Shown here piece after piece: positions 5,226 to 7,424 of a stretch of 7,424 nucleotides of DNA. This stretch comes from a virus. Its lineage: Duplodnaviria; Heunggongvirae; Uroviricota; Caudoviricetes. Numbering within the stretch: position 1 is the stretch's first letter; each line of letters begins with the position of its first letter. The translations under genes and the position numbers were made by a program. The notes below the pieces were generated by a model. That model was not told the DNA's origin. It worked only from the letters and a program-made list of their open reading frames with translations, and made no database searches. Where the stretch lies: IMG/VR virus record IMGVR_UViG_3300028985_000011. One strand, written 5' to 3'.

Positions 5226-5618
5226 ATGGCAAAAGTATTTACACCAGAAGAGCGGGAAGAAGTGAAGGCGCGCATTGTGGAATTCGTGCGCCTGAGCGGA
5301 CGAGAAACTTTTCGACAACTGGCAGATAAAACGGGTGTCAGTAAGACCGCTATTCGTCGTTTATCTGGTGCGCTTGCGGCCAGTGGTGATGTCTGGCTCT
5401 CTGGTTGCGGGGTATTTCCATCAGAGCAGGCGTATCGCGTATGGCGTAAGACACCGGAGAAGGCTGCTGACCCGACACTGATTCGAAAGTTACCTGACGG
5501 AGAAATACGTCGTTACAACAGACGGCAGAACATAATTTGTCGTGAGTGCCGCCAGAGCGAAGTTATGCAGCGTGTGCTGGCGTTCTATCGGGGAAACTTT
5601 CAGGAGGTGATGGAGTGA
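5226..5618 (+). CDS. Hypothetical winged-helix-like protein, 130 aa (paralogous to N-terminal part of the preceding gene)
   Basis: ATG 5226 with GGAGG (5216-5220) 5 nt upstream; segment ETFRQLADKTGVSKTAIRRLSGALAASGDV resembles the wH units of the upstream protein. Confidence 0.8.
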   Translation: MAKVFTPEEREEVKARIVEFVRLSGRETFRQLADKTGVSKTAIRRLSGALAASGDVWLSGCGVFPSEQAYRVWRKTPEKAADPTLIRKLPDGEIRRYNRRQNIICRECRQSEVMQRVLAFYRGNFQEVME

Positions 5619-5911
5619 GGGTCAGAGTTTATATTGCCGGTCCAATGACGGGATATGAAAATTTCAACCGTGAGGCGTTTCACAAGGCGGAAGAGGAACT
5701 GAAACGGGAAGGGCATACCGTCTTAAACCCGGCAGTACTTCCGGACGGGCTGACACAGCCGCACTACATGGATATTTGCATGGCAATGATTCGTTGTGTG
5801 GATGCGATTTACATGCTGAATGGCTGGCAGCGGTCAGCGGGCGCTAAGGCAGAGCTGGCACTGGCGGAGAAACTGGGGCATGCAGTGATTTATCAGGAGG
5901 TGGCTCAATGA
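5615..5911 (+). CDS. Small nucleoside 2-deoxyribosyltransferase-like protein (DUF4406-like), 98 aa
   Basis: GTG start at 5615 overlapping the upstream stop (GTGA) with AGGAGG (5602-5607) 7 nt upstream; motif VYIAGPMTG...NF...F...LNPA...GW..S.GA.AELALA typical of the NDT-like Rossmann family; the track's longer ORF from 5546 overlaps the upstream gene and is not favoured. Confidence 0.75.
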   Translation: MRVRVYIAGPMTGYENFNREAFHKAEEELKREGHTVLNPAVLPDGLTQPHYMDICMAMIRCVDAIYMLNGWQRSAGAKAELALAEKLGHAVIYQEVAQ

Positions 5912-6345
5912 GAGAGGTTAACTATGAGGCGCTTCGTGAGGCAGCACAAAACTATCAGTCGACGCTGGCGTGGTATCAGGCTATCCCGGACAGCCCAAAT
6001 GCTGAACGGGATTGTGATGCGGCTCTTGCTGCGTTTAAGCGTCACATCCGTCATCGGGAAGCGGATATTATCGCTGATTTGCTGGATGGACTGGAAGAAG
6101 CAAAATCACAACTCAAAGAGCAGCGTGAGTATTACGAAGGCGTTATCTCTGATGGGAGCAAGCGTATTGCTGAACTGGAAGCGCGGGAAGTTCAATTACC
6201 GACTCGCTACGACCTTCGATATGGACACCCGATAAATGCAGATGAGCGACAAGTCATGATACCTAAAGAAAATGGCAGTTGGCTTTACCTGATTGACCTA
6301 GAACACGCATTACGCGTCGCTGACATTCGCATCAAAGGAGAGTGA
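5908..6345 (+). CDS. Hypothetical protein, 145 aa, predicted helical/coiled-coil
   Basis: ATG 5908 overlapping the upstream stop (ATGA), AGGAGG (5895-5900) 7 nt upstream; no family recognised. Confidence 0.8.
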   Translation: MREVNYEALREAAQNYQSTLAWYQAIPDSPNAERDCDAALAAFKRHIRHREADIIADLLDGLEEAKSQLKEQREYYEGVISDGSKRIAELEAREVQLPTRYDLRYGHPINADERQVMIPKENGSWLYLIDLEHALRVADIRIKGE

Positions 6346-6346
6346 T

Positions 6347-6610
6347 ATGGCAACTTTGACAAAAAAAGAACAAGCATGGTTGAGCGAATTACAGGACGTT
6401 CTTGATCGCTGCCCATCACCGAAAAAAATTGGTTTTTACACCATTGGCGATAAAAGCATTTACCTGTATGACCTGCGCCGCATGGATGAAATCATGGAGG
6501 CTCTTGATAATCGTTCGTCAATGGATTGGTGTGTTGCTGTTCATGATATGAATGCCGGATTTGATGAAAAGATTTTATTCCCCTCATCAGTTGAAAGTAC
6601 AGCAGGATAA
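6347..6610 (+). CDS. Hypothetical protein, 87 aa
   Basis: ATG 6347 one nt after the upstream stop; GGAG (6337-6340) upstream; no family recognised. Confidence 0.75.
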   Translation: MATLTKKEQAWLSELQDVLDRCPSPKKIGFYTIGDKSIYLYDLRRMDEIMEALDNRSSMDWCVAVHDMNAGFDEKILFPSSVESTAG

Positions 6611-6620
6611 GGACTAACAC

Positions 6621-7382
6621 ATGACCACTATTACCAAAGAGCGACTGCTGACAATCAGGCAGTGGCGCGAAACATACGGACCTGGTAGCAACGTTGTACT
6701 GCCAGCAGAAGAAGCGGAAGAACTGGCACGAATTGCTCTGGCATCGCTGGAAGCAGAGCCGATAGGTTTCCGTTGCAGGCGCAATGATAACCTTGGTGAT
6801 TGGAGTTACGTATATCATCGAGAGCCAGATGATTTTGAGCGCAAACATTTAGTGATAGAGGGCATTTACGCCGCCCCTCCAGCACCGGTAGTGCCTGAAG
6901 AAGCAACTCCGGAAAACGTAGAAATGCTCTCTGGCTATGTTTCAACGTACAAATTAACCGATAGCGAGCGCGATATTGCTGCCGAAATATGGAACGCCTG
7001 CCGCGCCGCCATGCTTCAGTCCGGAAACTTTCGGGAAAACAAGAATTCGTCAACCAATAATTTTCGGGAAATCGCGGAAACGTCAACCAACTATCCGGCA
7101 ATTCCTAGTGAGGTGTTGTCCGCAATCCTGAAGGTTGCCAGGATTCGTGCCGATTTCGATGATTTTGACGGTGACAGGCGAGGTATCGGTGATTGTCTGG
7201 ATGAGGCTGAGCAAGAGCTTATCGTTACCATTAACAAATATGCCAGTCAGTTGGCAGCAGAACCTATAGCGCCTAATGACGTTCGAGAGCAGACAGCCAT
7301 TCCACAAGTTCCGGTAACTCCGGATGGTTGGATAAGCTGTAGTGAGCGAATGCCGGACGACAGGCAGGAGGTGAATCAATGA
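6621..7382 (+). CDS. Hypothetical protein, 253 aa, with internal 11-residue tandem repeat
   Basis: ATG 6621 with AGGA 7 nt upstream; contains DNA-level tandem repeat at 7028-7090; C-terminal DGWISCSERMPDD; no family assigned with confidence. Confidence 0.8.
   Translation: MTTITKERLLTIRQWRETYGPGSNVVLPAEEAEELARIALASLEAEPIGFRCRRNDNLGDWSYVYHREPDDFERKHLVIEGIYAAPPAPVVPEEATPENVEMLSGYVSTYKLTDSERDIAAEIWNACRAAMLQSGNFRENKNSSTNNFREIAETSTNYPAIPSEVLSAILKVARIRADFDDFDGDRRGIGDCLDEAEQELIVTINKYASQLAAEPIAPNDVREQTAIPQVPVTPDGWISCSERMPDDRQEVNQ
7028..7090. repeat. Imperfect 30-bp tandem direct repeat (33-bp period) inside the 253-aa gene
   Basis: CTTTCGGGAAAACAAGAATTCGTCAACCAA (7028-7057) versus TTTTCGGGAAATCGCGGAAACGTCAACCAA (7061-7090), about 22 of 30 identical; (C)GGAAA-type motif occurs four times in 7022-7080. 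Confidence 0.6.
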
Positions 7383-7424
7383 GCTGGCCTGATGCAATCG
7401 TAACTCTGGGGGTGGTCTTCGCAG
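7379..7424 (+). CDS. 5' end of a further gene (partial, runs off the window); N-terminus hydrophobic
   Basis: ATG 7379 overlapping upstream stop (ATGA) with AGGAGG (7366-7371) 7 nt upstream; begins MSWPDAIVTLGVVFA. Confidence 0.5.
   Translation, partial: MSWPDAIVTLGVVFA

Noticed and set aside
5546-5614. Upstream extension of the NDT-like ORF (track start 5546)
   Set aside because: Overlaps the preceding gene for 69 nt; GTG 5615 has AGGAGG at ideal spacing and a GTGA junction.
4944-7397. Alternative-frame or antisense track ORFs in the nin-like block (4944-5318 -, 5924-6235 +, 6492-6848 -, 6655-7101 -, 7083-7397 -)
   Set aside because: No RBS and they overlap genes that are supported by RBSs and coupled junctions.
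1-7424. CRISPR arrays, IS elements, rRNA or tRNA genes
   Set aside because: No regularly spaced direct repeats with unique spacers, no terminal inverted repeats flanking a transposase, and no rRNA or tRNA structure found.

Overview
This window reads as the immunity and early region of a lambdoid prophage of the Qin/DicA type, probably enterobacterial (E. coli-like), with no rRNA, tRNA, CRISPR array or IS element detected. On the minus strand, a DicA-like HTH repressor (1693-2100) sits upstream of a leftward operon: a promoter with operator-like motifs (1580-1632), AT-rich ORFs interrupted by a 54-nt N-run (963-1503), a hairpin-rich untranslated stretch (658-962), a DicF-like sRNA with an intrinsic terminator (600-657), then translationally coupled dicB-like (242-430) and ydfD-like (57-245) genes. 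On the plus strand, a divergent DicC/Cro-like gene (2178-2405) leads a tightly packed rightward operon: a YdaT-like gene, a replication initiator with an internal iteron-like repeat array (candidate origin), a lambda-P-like helicase loader, and six uncharacterised nin-region-like genes, one with a nucleoside 2-deoxyribosyltransferase-like motif. All homology calls are made from memory and motif inspection, not from searches. No clearly novel system is demonstrated; the best candidates for unexplained biology are the gap-interrupted cargo ORFs next to the leftward promoter and the coupled downstream operon containing the NDT-like protein.
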